The notes below the pieces were generated by a model. That model was given only the letters and a program-made list of their open reading frames with translations, had not been told where the DNA came from and did not search any database. A stretch of 58,557 bases of DNA, from contig JAGCEZ010000056.1 of assembly GCA_017650365.1 (NCBI GenBank), positions 1 through 58,557 of the forward strand, read 5' to 3'. Position 1 is the stretch's first letter; every line of letters begins with the position of its first letter. Both the position numbers and the translations under genes were made by a program. Shown piece after piece: positions 9,772 to 19,160 of this stretch. The stretch is from Fibrobacterales bacterium (lineage in GTDB: Bacteria; Fibrobacterota; Fibrobacteria; Fibrobacterales; CADBQJ01).

Positions 9772-9785
9772 TAAAAGTAGATTTG
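9772..9785. promoter_or_regulatory. Overlapping divergent promoter elements in a 26-nt intergenic gap
   Basis: Plus-strand TAGATTTG (9778-9785) lies 7 nt before ATG 9793. Minus-strand TACTTTTA (9779-9772) lies 5 nt before the nadC ATG. The two share the TA at 9778-9779. Confidence 0.55.
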
Positions 9786-9792
9786 TGCGCGG

Positions 9793-10416
9793 ATGTATTG
9801 GCTCGACCTCTTCGGAACTTTCGCCTTCGCCGTCTCGGGCGCCATGCTCGGGGTGCGCCGCCACCTGGACCTTCTGGGGGCGCTCGTCCTGGCCGTGGTC
9901 ACGGGCGTCGGGGGCGGGATCCTGCGCGACGTGATGCTCGGGGTGATGCCCCCGGGGGCGATGCGCGACGAGACCTACCTGCTGGTCTGCCTGCTCGGCG
10001 GGGGCCTCTCGGTCGGCTATTCCCGCGCGGTCAAGCGCTACTGGAACCACGTGATGGTCGCCGACGCCGTCGGGCTGGCGGTCTTCACGGTCATCGGCGC
10101 CTCGCAGGCGCACGTCCACGGCCTGGGCCCCATCGGCGTCATGATGATGGCCGCCCTCACCGCCACCGGCGGCGGCGCCATCCGCGACCTGCTGGCCATG
10201 CGGATCCCCATCATCGTCCGCAAGGACTTCTACGCCTCCGCCGCCATCCTGGGCGGCCTCCTCTGGTGGGCGCTCTGCGAGTTCTCCTGCCCCGAGCTCC
10301 CCAAGATCGCCCTCACGCTCGCGGTCACGCTGGGGCTCCGGCTCTGGGCCATGGCCCACAAGGTCCGCCTGCCCCGCCTCGGCTTCCGCGCCCCGGACGA
10401 CAAGCCGCGCGGCTAG
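9793..10416 (+). CDS. Trimeric intracellular cation channel / YadS (UPF0126) membrane protein
   Basis: Two repeats: GTFAFAVSG...GVGGGILRD and DAVGLAVF...ATGGGAIRDLL. Confidence 0.9.
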   Translation: MYWLDLFGTFAFAVSGAMLGVRRHLDLLGALVLAVVTGVGGGILRDVMLGVMPPGAMRDETYLLVCLLGGGLSVGYSRAVKRYWNHVMVADAVGLAVFTVIGASQAHVHGLGPIGVMMMAALTATGGGAIRDLLAMRIPIIVRKDFYASAAILGGLLWWALCEFSCPELPKIALTLAVTLGLRLWAMAHKVRLPRLGFRAPDDKPRG

Positions 10417-10420
10417 CGCG

Positions 10421-10969
10421 TCACCGCGGTTCGGCGCCCGGCATGGCGTCCCAGACGGCGCGCAGTTCGGCGATGATTTCGTCGTAGTCGCGCATGGAGA
10501 ACGTTCCCGGGCCGTGGATCAGAATCGTGTAGTCGATCCCCCGGAAGGACTTCCCGACGCCGGTGTCGCGGAACCCGTTGCGCAGGTAGAATCCGTGCCG
10601 GCGCCGGCGCTGTTCCGCGTTCTCGCACTCCTGTTCCGGCGACTCCATGTCGAGGATCAGCGTCCGGCCGGCGCGCTTTCCGAGCAGACGGGAGAGGATC
10701 TCCTGCCCGAGGCCGCGCCCGCGCAGCTCCTCCTCCACGGCGAAGTACCAGAACCAGTCGAACTCGCTCCTCGGCCAGACGATCGTCAGCCCGACGAAAT
10801 CGGCGCCGTCGAACCAGACCGCGAAGTCGAGCGGCATCTCGTCCGCCAGCCGCAGCAGCTCCTTCCAGGGAATCCGCTCCTCGACGGGAAACGCCGACTC
10901 GTACAGGCGCTTCGTCCGCGCCAGCTCCTCGGGCGCCAGCGCCCGGACCGGTTTCTCGAACAGCGTCAA
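10421..10969 (-). CDS. GNAT family N-acetyltransferase
   Basis: YESAFPVEER, acetyl-CoA motif YFAVEEELRGRGLG, FYLRNGF. Confidence 0.85.
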   Translation of the reverse strand: MTLFEKPVRALAPEELARTKRLYESAFPVEERIPWKELLRLADEMPLDFAVWFDGADFVGLTIVWPRSEFDWFWYFAVEEELRGRGLGQEILSRLLGKRAGRTLILDMESPEQECENAEQRRRRHGFYLRNGFRDTGVGKSFRGIDYTILIHGPGTFSMRDYDEIIAELRAVWDAMPGAEPR

Positions 10970-11655
10970 GGCGTTCCTCCTTCGTCATGCTTCTTCGCGC
11001 AGAGCTTCGCGGCGAACCGCGCTGCCGCCGCGAACAGGACGAGCATCGCGATGTAGTCCGCGAAAAAGAGGGCGCGGCCGCGCTCCAGGTCCAGGAAGAA
11101 GAACTCCTGCTGCAGGAACATGTACTTCCAGAGACCGCGGACGGCGAAGGCGTGGATTCCGTAGCCCGCCGCAAGCAGGGCGACGGCGCGGGCCGCGACC
11201 AGGGCCGCCTTTGACTTGAATGCGCCGGCAAGCCCCAGGCGGTTGGCGATAAGGCCGGCGTGCAGCCCGACGTGGAGCGACATGAACGCGAAGTACCAGT
11301 GGCTGGCGAGCAGGTGCGCCGTGCGGGCGAAGCTCGCGCCCGATTCGATCCCGAGCCAGGCGAACGCGTGGTTCGAAAGCATGACTCCGCTGACCGCCAG
11401 GAAAACCGCGCAGAGGAGAATCCCGCAGTTCGCGACGGCCTGCAGGACGCGGAACGCGTTCCAGCGGCCCCTGAACAGCGACGGGAAGAAGCGCCGGTTC
11501 AGCGCGACGTGCGCGGCCCACAGGGCGAGCAGGACCGCGCCCAGGATCTCGTGGACGGCGGTCGATTCGAAGAAACGGTTCCCGCCCATCAGCGCGAGCG
11601 TCGCGACCGTCATCGCGGCGTCCAGGACCATGCGGAATTTCGCGCCGGCGGGCAT
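10966..11655 (-). CDS. DUF4405-like multi-pass membrane protein with four His (cytochrome b-like)
   Basis: Transmembrane segments with VHEILG, AAHVALN, RTAHLLASHW, SLHVGLH. Confidence 0.75.
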   Translation of the reverse strand: MPAGAKFRMVLDAAMTVATLALMGGNRFFESTAVHEILGAVLLALWAAHVALNRRFFPSLFRGRWNAFRVLQAVANCGILLCAVFLAVSGVMLSNHAFAWLGIESGASFARTAHLLASHWYFAFMSLHVGLHAGLIANRLGLAGAFKSKAALVAARAVALLAAGYGIHAFAVRGLWKYMFLQQEFFFLDLERGRALFFADYIAMLVLFAAAARFAAKLCAKKHDEGGTP

Positions 11656-11661
11656 CTTCGC

Positions 11662-12054
11662 CTACTTCCGGATGAACTTTTCGTCCGACGCCGGCGGCGG
11701 CCCGGCGGGCGCGTAGCGTTCGACGGTCATCTTCAGGTCGTACTTGTCGCGCAGCTCGGCGATCGTCTTCATCATGGGGGAGGCGTGGTGCGCGTCGATG
11801 GCGGCCTGGTTCTTCCAGGCGTCGATCAGCAGCACCGTTTCCGGATCGTCCATGGAGAAGTAGTACTCGTAGCGGACGTTGCCCTTTTCGGCGCGGATCT
11901 TCGCCACCGTCCCGCTGGAGACCATCTCTTCGGCGAACTTTCTCGCCGCTCCGTTTTCGCCTTTGTAGCGCAGGTTCACCGTGATGTCGCCGGCGCCCTC
12001 GGCGAACGCGCACGCGGCCAGCGCCGCGATGGGGAAAAACGCGGAGAATCTCAT
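11662..12054 (-). CDS. Antibiotic biosynthesis monooxygenase (putative quinol monooxygenase) domain protein with signal peptide
   Basis: IRAEKGNVRYEYY...VLLIDAWKNQAAIDAHHASP; N-terminus MRFSAFFPIAALAACAFA; start overlaps the upstream stop. Confidence 0.8.
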   Translation of the reverse strand: MRFSAFFPIAALAACAFAEGAGDITVNLRYKGENGAARKFAEEMVSSGTVAKIRAEKGNVRYEYYFSMDDPETVLLIDAWKNQAAIDAHHASPMMKTIAELRDKYDLKMTVERYAPAGPPPASDEKFIRK

Positions 12055-13265
12055 TTCAGCCTCCCGTATTCTTCGTCGCCCACGGGTTCGAGCCATTCGT
12101 TGCTTGCGCCTTCGCCGGGGACCTCGATCGCCAGATGCTGGAACCAGGAATCCGGAGCCGCGCCGTGCCAGTGCTTGACGCCGGCCGGGATGTTCACCAC
12201 GTCGCCGGGCTTCAGTTCGCGCGCGGGCCTGCCCCATTCCTGGTAGTAGCCTCGCCCGGCCGTCGCGACGAGGATCTGGCCGCCGCCCTTCTTCGCATGG
12301 TGGACGTGCCAGTTGTTGCGGCACCCCGGTTCGAACGTCACGTTCCCGATTCCGACCTGTTCCCGGCTGATCATGTCGAGATAGCTCCTGCCCGTGAAAT
12401 ACCTGGCGTAGGCGTCGTTCGGCCTGCCCACCGGGAACGCGCTCCAGTCCTTGCCCGGCATGGTTTTCGCGGCCGGAGAGCCCTTCGCGTCCGCCTTCGT
12501 TTCCGCCGCCGCTTCCTCGAGCAGCCGCAGCGCGTTCAGCGTGCGCGGGTAACCGCAATACGGCAAGCAGTTGTAAATCGCCTGCTCCACGTATTCGGCC
12601 GTGCGAATCTTCAAGTTCGCGCCGATATGCGCCTTGAGCTGCGGCTCCGTTCCCAGGTTCACGAGAATCGCCATCGTCAGGAGTTCGCGGGTGTTCAGGT
12701 CGAGCCCCTTGCGGGTGTAGTAATCGCCAAAGCAGTTGCTCGCAAGGAAGTAATTGACGGTCGGCATCCCTTCCTTGCCGTTTTTCGCCATGTCGCGGAA
12801 GGTCTGGCCGAACAGCGTTCCCTGCGCGTCGGCGCCCGCCTCCAGGCGGGACTGCGCCGTCACCGTCCCGCGGTTTTCGTCCACCTTCGCGTTCTTCGCC
12901 TTGAACACGCCGCGGGCGATTTCCACCGCGTCCGCCGTCCGCGGGAACCCGGCGTAGGGGGCGCACTGGTAGATGGCCTCGAGGATCGCCTCGGGCTCGA
13001 GTCCCTGCGCGAGCGCCGTCGCCACCTCTTCCCGCAGGAGCGCGCCCGACTGCTGCGTCGTAAGCGACACCAGGCGAATCAGCTCCACCTCGCGTTTTTC
13101 CACAAGCGGAGTCGCCGCCGGAACCTCGTTCCGCGTGAAGTTGTCCATCACGGCGCGCAGTTCCTTGTCCTGCGAAAGCGCCCTGGCGTCGTCCTGCGGG
13201 CGGCAGTCGCACGCGGCCAGCGCCGCGCCTATTCCGAGCATCGTCATCATCGTTCCCGGTTTCAT
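12051..13265 (-). CDS. Carboxymuconolactone decarboxylase family - cupin fusion, probable lipoprotein
   Basis: Two CMD repeats (EAIYQCAPYAGFPR; FGDYYTRKGLD...PYCGYPR), C-terminal cupin (VTFEPGCRNNWHVH, VKHWHGA), lipobox ALAAC. Confidence 0.85.
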   Translation of the reverse strand: MKPGTMMTMLGIGAALAACDCRPQDDARALSQDKELRAVMDNFTRNEVPAATPLVEKREVELIRLVSLTTQQSGALLREEVATALAQGLEPEAILEAIYQCAPYAGFPRTADAVEIARGVFKAKNAKVDENRGTVTAQSRLEAGADAQGTLFGQTFRDMAKNGKEGMPTVNYFLASNCFGDYYTRKGLDLNTRELLTMAILVNLGTEPQLKAHIGANLKIRTAEYVEQAIYNCLPYCGYPRTLNALRLLEEAAAETKADAKGSPAAKTMPGKDWSAFPVGRPNDAYARYFTGRSYLDMISREQVGIGNVTFEPGCRNNWHVHHAKKGGGQILVATAGRGYYQEWGRPARELKPGDVVNIPAGVKHWHGAAPDSWFQHLAIEVPGEGASNEWLEPVGDEEYGRLK

Positions 13266-13299
13266 GCGTCGTTCCTCGCCAAGCGTCGGGCCGGCGGCC

Positions 13300-13860
13300 C
13301 TATTTCAGCCACTTCTCCACTTCCTTCCTGGCCTTGTCGCGCTCGTTCTGCGCCACGTGCCCGTAGATCGCGAGCCCGGCGGTCACGTTCGCGCCGGTCG
13401 CCTTCTTGAGCCGGGCGACGCCCGAGAGGCCGCTGCCCTCGTGCGTCACGAACGGATGTATCGTCTTGCCCTTCAGATTATACTTCTCGAAGAAGGTGAA
13501 CATGGGCATGGGCATTTCGCCCCACCAGACCGGGTAGCCGACGTAGATCTCGTCGAACTCCTCGGGGTTCTGCGCCACGGGCTTGATCTCGGGCCGCGCG
13601 TCGGCCGCCAGCTCCTTCTTCGCGACGGCGATGCAGTCGTCGTACTTCGCCGGATACTCCTTCGCGGGCTCCACGCGCAGGAGCGTTCCGCCGGTCTTCT
13701 CCGCGATCATCTCGGCGACGATCTCGGTGTTGCCTTTTTCGATCGTCCCCACGCCGTAGTTTTCGCCGGCGCGCGAGTAGTAGACGACCAGGATTTTCTT
13801 GTCCGCTGCCATGGTGACTCCCAGGAAGAGGGTGAAAAGCAAAAACGCGATTTTCTTCAT
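13300..13860 (-). CDS. Flavodoxin (Flavodoxin_4-like) with signal peptide
   Basis: VVYYSRAGENY...GNT, GYPVWWG, PFVTHEGSG; N-terminus MKKIAFLLFTLFLGVTMA; ATG overlaps the upstream TGA. Confidence 0.88.
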   Translation of the reverse strand: MKKIAFLLFTLFLGVTMAADKKILVVYYSRAGENYGVGTIEKGNTEIVAEMIAEKTGGTLLRVEPAKEYPAKYDDCIAVAKKELAADARPEIKPVAQNPEEFDEIYVGYPVWWGEMPMPMFTFFEKYNLKGKTIHPFVTHEGSGLSGVARLKKATGANVTAGLAIYGHVAQNERDKARKEVEKWLK

Positions 13861-14936
13861 TGCGGTTCTCCGGGTTCGGGATCCAGATAGACGACTTCGC
13901 CCATTTGCGGCATGAGCACGGGCCTGCCGGATTCCTCCGCGGCGCGACGTGCGTTTTCGAGAGGTTCCGCGTACGAATGCCTGCTCAGGCAGAACCTGGA
14001 ATGGTGGACCGTCATGTAGCGCGCCGCGCCGAGGTCCGCCATCTCCTTGGCCAGCTCGTCCGGCATCGTGTGGATCTGCGCCCAGTCCTCGTCGTACTGG
14101 CCGTTCTCGAGAATCGCGAGGTCGACGCCGGGGAACTTTTTCCCGATTTCCGCGAAGTGCGGCCCGTAGCCGGAGTCGCCGCCGATCCAGACGGCGCGCC
14201 CGGGCGCCCGGAGGACGAACGAGGCCCACAGCGTCCTGTTCCGCCGCAGGCCGCGCCCCGAGAAGTGCCGGGCCGGGGTCGCCGTCGCGTTGAAGCCTTC
14301 GCCCAGGTCGGCGGATTCCCACCAGTCGAGCTCCACGAGCGCCTCGGGCGCGTAGCCCCAGCGCTCCAGGTGCTCGCCCGTGCCGAGCCCCGTCACCACG
14401 CGCTTCACGCGGGGGAGGAGCTCCTTCGCCGCCCGGTAGTCCAGGTGGTCCCAGTGGTCGTGCGTGATCACCAGGTAGTCGACGTCGGGCATGTCCGCTG
14501 GCTTGTAAACGTCCGTTCCCTTGAACATCCTGTTCACGAAGCTCACCGGCGAACCCTGGTAGAAAACCGGGTCCACGAGCACCTTCCTTCCGGACAAGTT
14601 GAGCAGGTAGGAGGAATGGCCGAACCAGACGATCCAGTCGCGGTCCTGCGGCAGCGCCTTCAGGTCCGTCCTGACCACGGGCAGGGCCGTGTCGGGGACG
14701 GTTCCGCTCCTGTCGCCGAACAGGAACTCCTTCCAGACGGCCGCCGCGCTCCGCTTCCCCGTCATGACGACGGTCTCCGTCTCGTTCGCGAACTGCCCGT
14801 CCACGTAGTGCGGCGACCGCTGGATCCGCTCCAGGCGCTTTCCCTGCGGAAGGCGCCCGAAGCTCGGCTGGTTGAGGAATGCCGCTCCCGCGCCGCCGAG
14901 GGCGAGAAGGACGGAAAGGACGATCGCGGTGGTCAT
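13857..14936 (-). CDS. MBL-fold metallo-hydrolase (RomA/NAPE-PLD-like)
   Basis: WFGHSS, THDHWDHLD, PARHFSGR, GGDSGY, ENGQY; hydrophobic N-terminal anchor. Confidence 0.88.
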   Translation of the reverse strand: MTTAIVLSVLLALGGAGAAFLNQPSFGRLPQGKRLERIQRSPHYVDGQFANETETVVMTGKRSAAAVWKEFLFGDRSGTVPDTALPVVRTDLKALPQDRDWIVWFGHSSYLLNLSGRKVLVDPVFYQGSPVSFVNRMFKGTDVYKPADMPDVDYLVITHDHWDHLDYRAAKELLPRVKRVVTGLGTGEHLERWGYAPEALVELDWWESADLGEGFNATATPARHFSGRGLRRNRTLWASFVLRAPGRAVWIGGDSGYGPHFAEIGKKFPGVDLAILENGQYDEDWAQIHTMPDELAKEMADLGAARYMTVHHSRFCLSRHSYAEPLENARRAAEESGRPVLMPQMGEVVYLDPEPGEPQ

Positions 14937-14952
14937 GGGACGTCTCTCGCGG

Positions 14953-16110
14953 CTACTTCAGGTTGGCCTTGAAGAACTCTTCCATCCTGTCGTAGGGGAT
15001 CCTGCCGTTTACGTCGTCGTAGAGGTCGGTGTGGACGGCGCCCGGGAGGATCAGGAGTTCCTTGTTGCCGACGGTCATGCTCCAGTTCTTCGCGGGATCG
15101 AGCTTCGCGGGAATCGCGGGCTTCTTCCCGGTCATCTTTTCGAACGCGCCTTCGCCGAAGTAGCGGCTGTGGGCCTTTTCGCCGTGGATCACGAGGACGG
15201 CGCCTTCGATTTCGTCGGCGTAGGCGAGCAGCTTCGCGTTCAACAGGGATGTCGCCGCGGAGCTCGCCCAGCCGCCGTTGCTGTTGAGCGAGCGCTTGTG
15301 GTAGCCGCGCGGGGTCTTGTAGTAGTCGTAGTAGTCCTTCACGAAGAAGGGCGCGTCGGCCGGAAGCGGATCCACGACGCCGCCGCCGAGTTCGTACGTC
15401 CCCGCCTTGAAGTCCTTCGTGCGCTGCGCCATCAGGGCCTTGCGCGCTTCGTTGCGGGCCTTGGCGCCGTTCGCCTGGTCGAAGTAGCCGTTGGCGGTCA
15501 CGCGGCTCATGTCGTACATGGTCGAGGCGACGGTCGCCTTGACGCGCGTGTCGACGCCGGCGGCGTTGATCGCCATGCCGCCCCAGCCGCAGATGCCGAT
15601 GATGCCGACGCGTTCCGGATCGACGTCGTCGCGGGTCGAGAGGAAGTCCACGGCGGCCATGAAGTCCTCGGTGTTGACGTCGGGGCTGTTCATGTAGCGC
15701 GGTTCGCCGCCCGATTCGCCCGTGAACGACGGGTCGAAGGCGACGGTCAGGAACCCGCGTTCGGCCATGTGCTGCGCGTAAAGGCCGGAGGACTGTTCCT
15801 TGACGGCGCCGAACGGGCCCGAGACGGCGATGGCGGGGAACTTGCCGTTCGCCTTGAGGCTCGTGTCCTTCGGCACGTACATGTCGGCGGCGAGCTCGAT
15901 GCCGAAGTGGTTCCTGAACGTGACCTTGGAATGGACGACCTTGTCGCTCTGCGGGAAGACCTTGTCCCATTCGGTCGTCAGCGTCGGCTTGTCCATGTTC
16001 TTCTCCGGCGCGGCGGCGCCCTTTGCGGTTTCGTCCTTGCCGGGGCAGCAGGCGGCCAGCGCTCCGGCGGTCAGTGCGGCGATCGCCGCGGTCGAGAGTC
16101 TGCTTTTCAT
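14953..16110 (-). CDS. Alpha/beta hydrolase (YcjY/dienelactone-hydrolase-like, Cys nucleophile), probable lipoprotein
   Basis: GPFGAVKEQ, AFDPSFTGESGGEPR, GICGWGG, HTDLYD; lipobox GALAAC. Confidence 0.85.
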   Translation of the reverse strand: MKSRLSTAAIAALTAGALAACCPGKDETAKGAAAPEKNMDKPTLTTEWDKVFPQSDKVVHSKVTFRNHFGIELAADMYVPKDTSLKANGKFPAIAVSGPFGAVKEQSSGLYAQHMAERGFLTVAFDPSFTGESGGEPRYMNSPDVNTEDFMAAVDFLSTRDDVDPERVGIIGICGWGGMAINAAGVDTRVKATVASTMYDMSRVTANGYFDQANGAKARNEARKALMAQRTKDFKAGTYELGGGVVDPLPADAPFFVKDYYDYYKTPRGYHKRSLNSNGGWASSAATSLLNAKLLAYADEIEGAVLVIHGEKAHSRYFGEGAFEKMTGKKPAIPAKLDPAKNWSMTVGNKELLILPGAVHTDLYDDVNGRIPYDRMEEFFKANLK

Positions 16111-16195
16111 CGGTTTCTCCGGGTTCGGTTTTTCCTTCCTCCACAAAGTAGCACTGCGGCGCAGCTATATCAAATACTTATTTTTCATGGATTTC

Positions 16196-16212
16196 TATGC
16201 TTTGAAGGCATA
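16196..16212. promoter_or_regulatory. Putative LysR recognition site
   Basis: Inverted repeat TATGC-N7-GCATA containing T-N11-A (16198/16210), in the AT-rich divergent intergenic region. Confidence 0.65.
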
Positions 16213-16230
16213 ATAAGGCATATTTAGGGC

Positions 16231-17151
16231 ATGGAACTCCGAACGTTGACCTATTTCCTGGCCGTGGCCGAGCGGGAGAGCTTTTCCGCGGCCGCGAACG
16301 AAGTCCTTTTCGTGACCCAGCCGACGCTTTCGCGGCAGATGAAGGAGCTCGAGGAGGAGCTCGGGGCGAAGCTGTTCGAACGCGGCAGCCGGAAGACGAC
16401 GCTGACCGAGGCGGGGATGCGGTTCCGGGAGCGCGCGCGGGAAATCGTGGAGCTGGCGCGGCAGACCGAGAAGGAGTTCGCCGAACAGGGCGGGGACGAG
16501 GTCGTCGGCGACGTCTACGTCGGAGGCGGCGAGACGAAGGCGTTCGCCATCGTCGCGGCGGCGTGCCGGCGTCTGCGGGAGAAGCACCCGAGGATCCGCC
16601 TGCACCTCACGAGCGGCAACGCCCAGGACGTGACCGAGAAGCTCGACCGCGGGCTCCTCGACTTCGCGCTCCTGGTGGAGCCCGCCGACAAGTCGAAATA
16701 CGAATACGTGGAGCTCCCCGCGCGGGACACGTGGGGGCTGCTCGTCCGCAAGGACCATCCGCTGGCGAAGAAGGGGTTCGTCACCGTCGGCGACCTGGAA
16801 AAGACCCCGCTGCTGGTCTCGCGGCAGACCATGATGATGCGGGAATTCTCGGGGTCGCTCGGCCGCGACCTGGCCTCGCTGAACGTCGTCGCGACCTACA
16901 ACCTGATCTACAACGCCGCCGTCTTCGTGGAGCAGGGGCTCGGCGCGGCCTTCTCGCTGGAAGGGCTGGTGAACACGAGCGGGCGGAGCAGGCTCGCCTT
17001 CGTGCCGTTCACGCCCATCCGCACCAGCGGCCTCGTGGTCGTCTGGAAAAGGAATCCCGTCTTCAGCAGGCCCGCCGCGCGGTTCCTCGAATGCCTGAGG
17101 TCGGAGATCGGGAAGCGGCAGGCGCCGCCCGCCCGGCGCCGCGCGACCTGA
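16231..17151 (+). CDS. LysR family transcriptional regulator
   Basis: HTH MELRTLTYFLAVAERESFSAAA...TQPTLSRQMKELEEELG, TLTEAG; divergent from the operon. Confidence 0.95.
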   Translation: MELRTLTYFLAVAERESFSAAANEVLFVTQPTLSRQMKELEEELGAKLFERGSRKTTLTEAGMRFRERAREIVELARQTEKEFAEQGGDEVVGDVYVGGGETKAFAIVAAACRRLREKHPRIRLHLTSGNAQDVTEKLDRGLLDFALLVEPADKSKYEYVELPARDTWGLLVRKDHPLAKKGFVTVGDLEKTPLLVSRQTMMMREFSGSLGRDLASLNVVATYNLIYNAAVFVEQGLGAAFSLEGLVNTSGRSRLAFVPFTPIRTSGLVVVWKRNPVFSRPAARFLECLRSEIGKRQAPPARRRAT

Positions 17152-17166
17152 AACGCGCCGCGGGCG

Positions 17167-17793
17167 TCAGCCGCGGACGAAGTTCGTGAATACGCGCGGC
17201 TCGCGCTTCGGCTTCGGGACGCCGTTCGCCTCGGCCGCCTCCAGCGCCTTCAGCAGGTAGGCCATGTTCCCGGCCAGGACGCGCATGGTCTGCAGCCCCT
17301 CCGCGTCCCGCCGGACCTCTTCGGGGGAGTTGCCGTGGACCTGGTTCCAGTATTGCGACCCGACGACGTGCATGTTCGACATGAGGAAGTACTGGTTCAG
17401 CCGTTCGAACGCCGCCGTGGCGCCTCCGCGGCGGCACGAGACGACCGAGGCGCCCAGCTTGTCCGCGAGCCTGCCGCCCGCGCTGTAGAAGAGCCGGTCG
17501 AGGAACGACGTGAGCCGCCCGTCGGGGCCGCCGTAGTAGACGGGGGAGCCGACGACGATTCCGCCGAATTCGTCCAGCCGCGCGGCGACTTCGTTCACCA
17601 GGTCGTCGAAGGCGCATTTCCCGGTTTTCGAGCAGGCGCCGCAGGCGACGCAGTCGGCCAGGGGCCGCTTCCCGAGCCAGAGAATCTCGCCTTCCACGCC
17701 GTTCTTCGCGAGCTCTCGCGCCACTTCGTCCAGCGCGGCGAAGGTGCAGCCCCGTTCGTTCGGGCTTCCGTTGACGAGCAGGATCTTCTTCAT
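17167..17793 (-). CDS. Iron-sulfur flavoprotein / NADPH-dependent FMN reductase family
   Basis: NGSPNERGCT, CVACGAC...KC, GSPVYY, RRGG, GSQYWN. Confidence 0.88.
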   Translation of the reverse strand: MKKILLVNGSPNERGCTFAALDEVARELAKNGVEGEILWLGKRPLADCVACGACSKTGKCAFDDLVNEVAARLDEFGGIVVGSPVYYGGPDGRLTSFLDRLFYSAGGRLADKLGASVVSCRRGGATAAFERLNQYFLMSNMHVVGSQYWNQVHGNSPEEVRRDAEGLQTMRVLAGNMAYLLKALEAAEANGVPKPKREPRVFTNFVRG

Positions 17794-19043
17794 GGCAGCG
17801 TGAACTGCTTCAGGAACGGCCACCCGACGTTGCCGTTGGGCTGTTCGTGCCCGCCGCTCTGCTTGGTGCAGAGGACCACTTTCACGCCGTCCCTGCAGTT
17901 GGAGTACTCCTGGCATCCGTCGGCGTTGGTCGTCGCGACGCCTTCGCAGCCGTTCCTTTCCGCCCAGAACTGGAAGTTGCTTTGCGCGCCCAGGAAATTC
18001 AATCCGTCGTTGAAGCCGCTGTCGCCGCCCTCGTAGCGGCAGACGTTGTCGGCCGTGCCGCGGAACGCGATGACGGAGATGGGACGCACGGGATTGCACT
18101 GCGCCGAGTTCGTCCTGTTCAGGTCCATCCCCCCGGCGGAGACCGCCGCGAAGAGATCCGACATGAAGCAGGCCGCATGGAGCGCCATGCCGCTGCCCAT
18201 GGAGAATCCGGTCGCGTAGATGCGCTTCGGGTCGATGCAGACCTTCTCCTTGACGAAGTCGACCATCGTGCGGGTGAACTTGACGTCGTCGTCGTTGGAG
18301 CAGCAGGGGCCCACGTTCCAACCGGGCATGCTGCCCATCGCTCCGCCGCCGCTGCCCTTGGCGGTGCCGTCCGGGTAGAGCGAGATGACGCCTTCGGGGT
18401 CGGTCAGGGCCTTGTAGGTCGTGCCGTTCATCTGCTGTTGCCCGGAACCGCCGATCGGGTGGTAGTCGACGACCAGAGGCACGGGCGCGTCGCCCTTGTA
18501 GGCGCTGGGCACGTGCATGATGAATGTGCGCTTCTTGCCGTCCACGGTCACGCTCATGTTGTGGTCGCCGGAAGCGTAGGTCTTGCCGGAGCAGTCGATG
18601 ATTCCATTGTAGCTGGAGCTGGACGAGCTGCTGCTGGAGCTGGAGCTCGACGAACTGCTGCTGGAGCTGGAACTCGACGAGGAGGACGAACTGGAGGAAC
18701 TGGATTTCTTCTTCGAGGAGCTGGAGCTCTTATTGACCGAGGAACCCTTCCCGGAGGAAGCGCCTTCCGAGGAGAGCTCTTCGGAGGAGTCGCCTTCGTC
18801 GCCGCCGAGCCTGGTCCAGGTTCCGGTCGAGGCGTCGCACCACCAGGGTTCCTTCTCCTCGCCCACGAAGATCGTCTCCTCGTCGTTTTTCGCGTTGCAG
18901 GGTCCGGCGTCGTCCACGGTCGCCACGCGGCGCGCCCCCACGGGGCCGGAGGAGGAACCGCCGTCGTCGCCGCAGGAGACGAGAAGGGCGGAGAGGGCGA
19001 GGAAAAGGGAAGAGGAAAGAACGATCGGCTTGACGTGCTTCAT
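17790..19043 (-). CDS. Lipoprotein esterase, LpqC/PHB depolymerase (CE1 feruloyl-esterase-like) with poly-Ser linker
   Basis: Lipobox LLVSC; HVPSAY..PLVVDYH, WNVGPCC, DDVKF, nucleophile ATGFSMG, GGH near the C-terminus. Confidence 0.85.
   Translation of the reverse strand: MKHVKPIVLSSSLFLALSALLVSCGDDGGSSSGPVGARRVATVDDAGPCNAKNDEETIFVGEEKEPWWCDASTGTWTRLGGDEGDSSEELSSEGASSGKGSSVNKSSSSSKKKSSSSSSSSSSSSSSSSSSSSSSSSSSSSSSSYNGIIDCSGKTYASGDHNMSVTVDGKKRTFIMHVPSAYKGDAPVPLVVDYHPIGGSGQQQMNGTTYKALTDPEGVISLYPDGTAKGSGGGAMGSMPGWNVGPCCSNDDDVKFTRTMVDFVKEKVCIDPKRIYATGFSMGSGMALHAACFMSDLFAAVSAGGMDLNRTNSAQCNPVRPISVIAFRGTADNVCRYEGGDSGFNDGLNFLGAQSNFQFWAERNGCEGVATTNADGCQEYSNCRDGVKVVLCTKQSGGHEQPNGNVGWPFLKQFTLP
18612..18704 (-). 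repeat. Poly-serine linker (~31 codons) within the esterase
   Basis: Run of TCC/AGC/TCG/AGT codons on the minus strand. Confidence 0.9.
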
Positions 19044-19160
19044 TGCGCTGCCTCCGGGGCGGAGAACAAGACTATCTATCAAGATAAGCCAAAAGTCCGC
19101 GAATGGCGGGAAAAACGTCCGAATCCGGCGAAAATCGCACGGGAAGTGTCTGTCTCCGGC

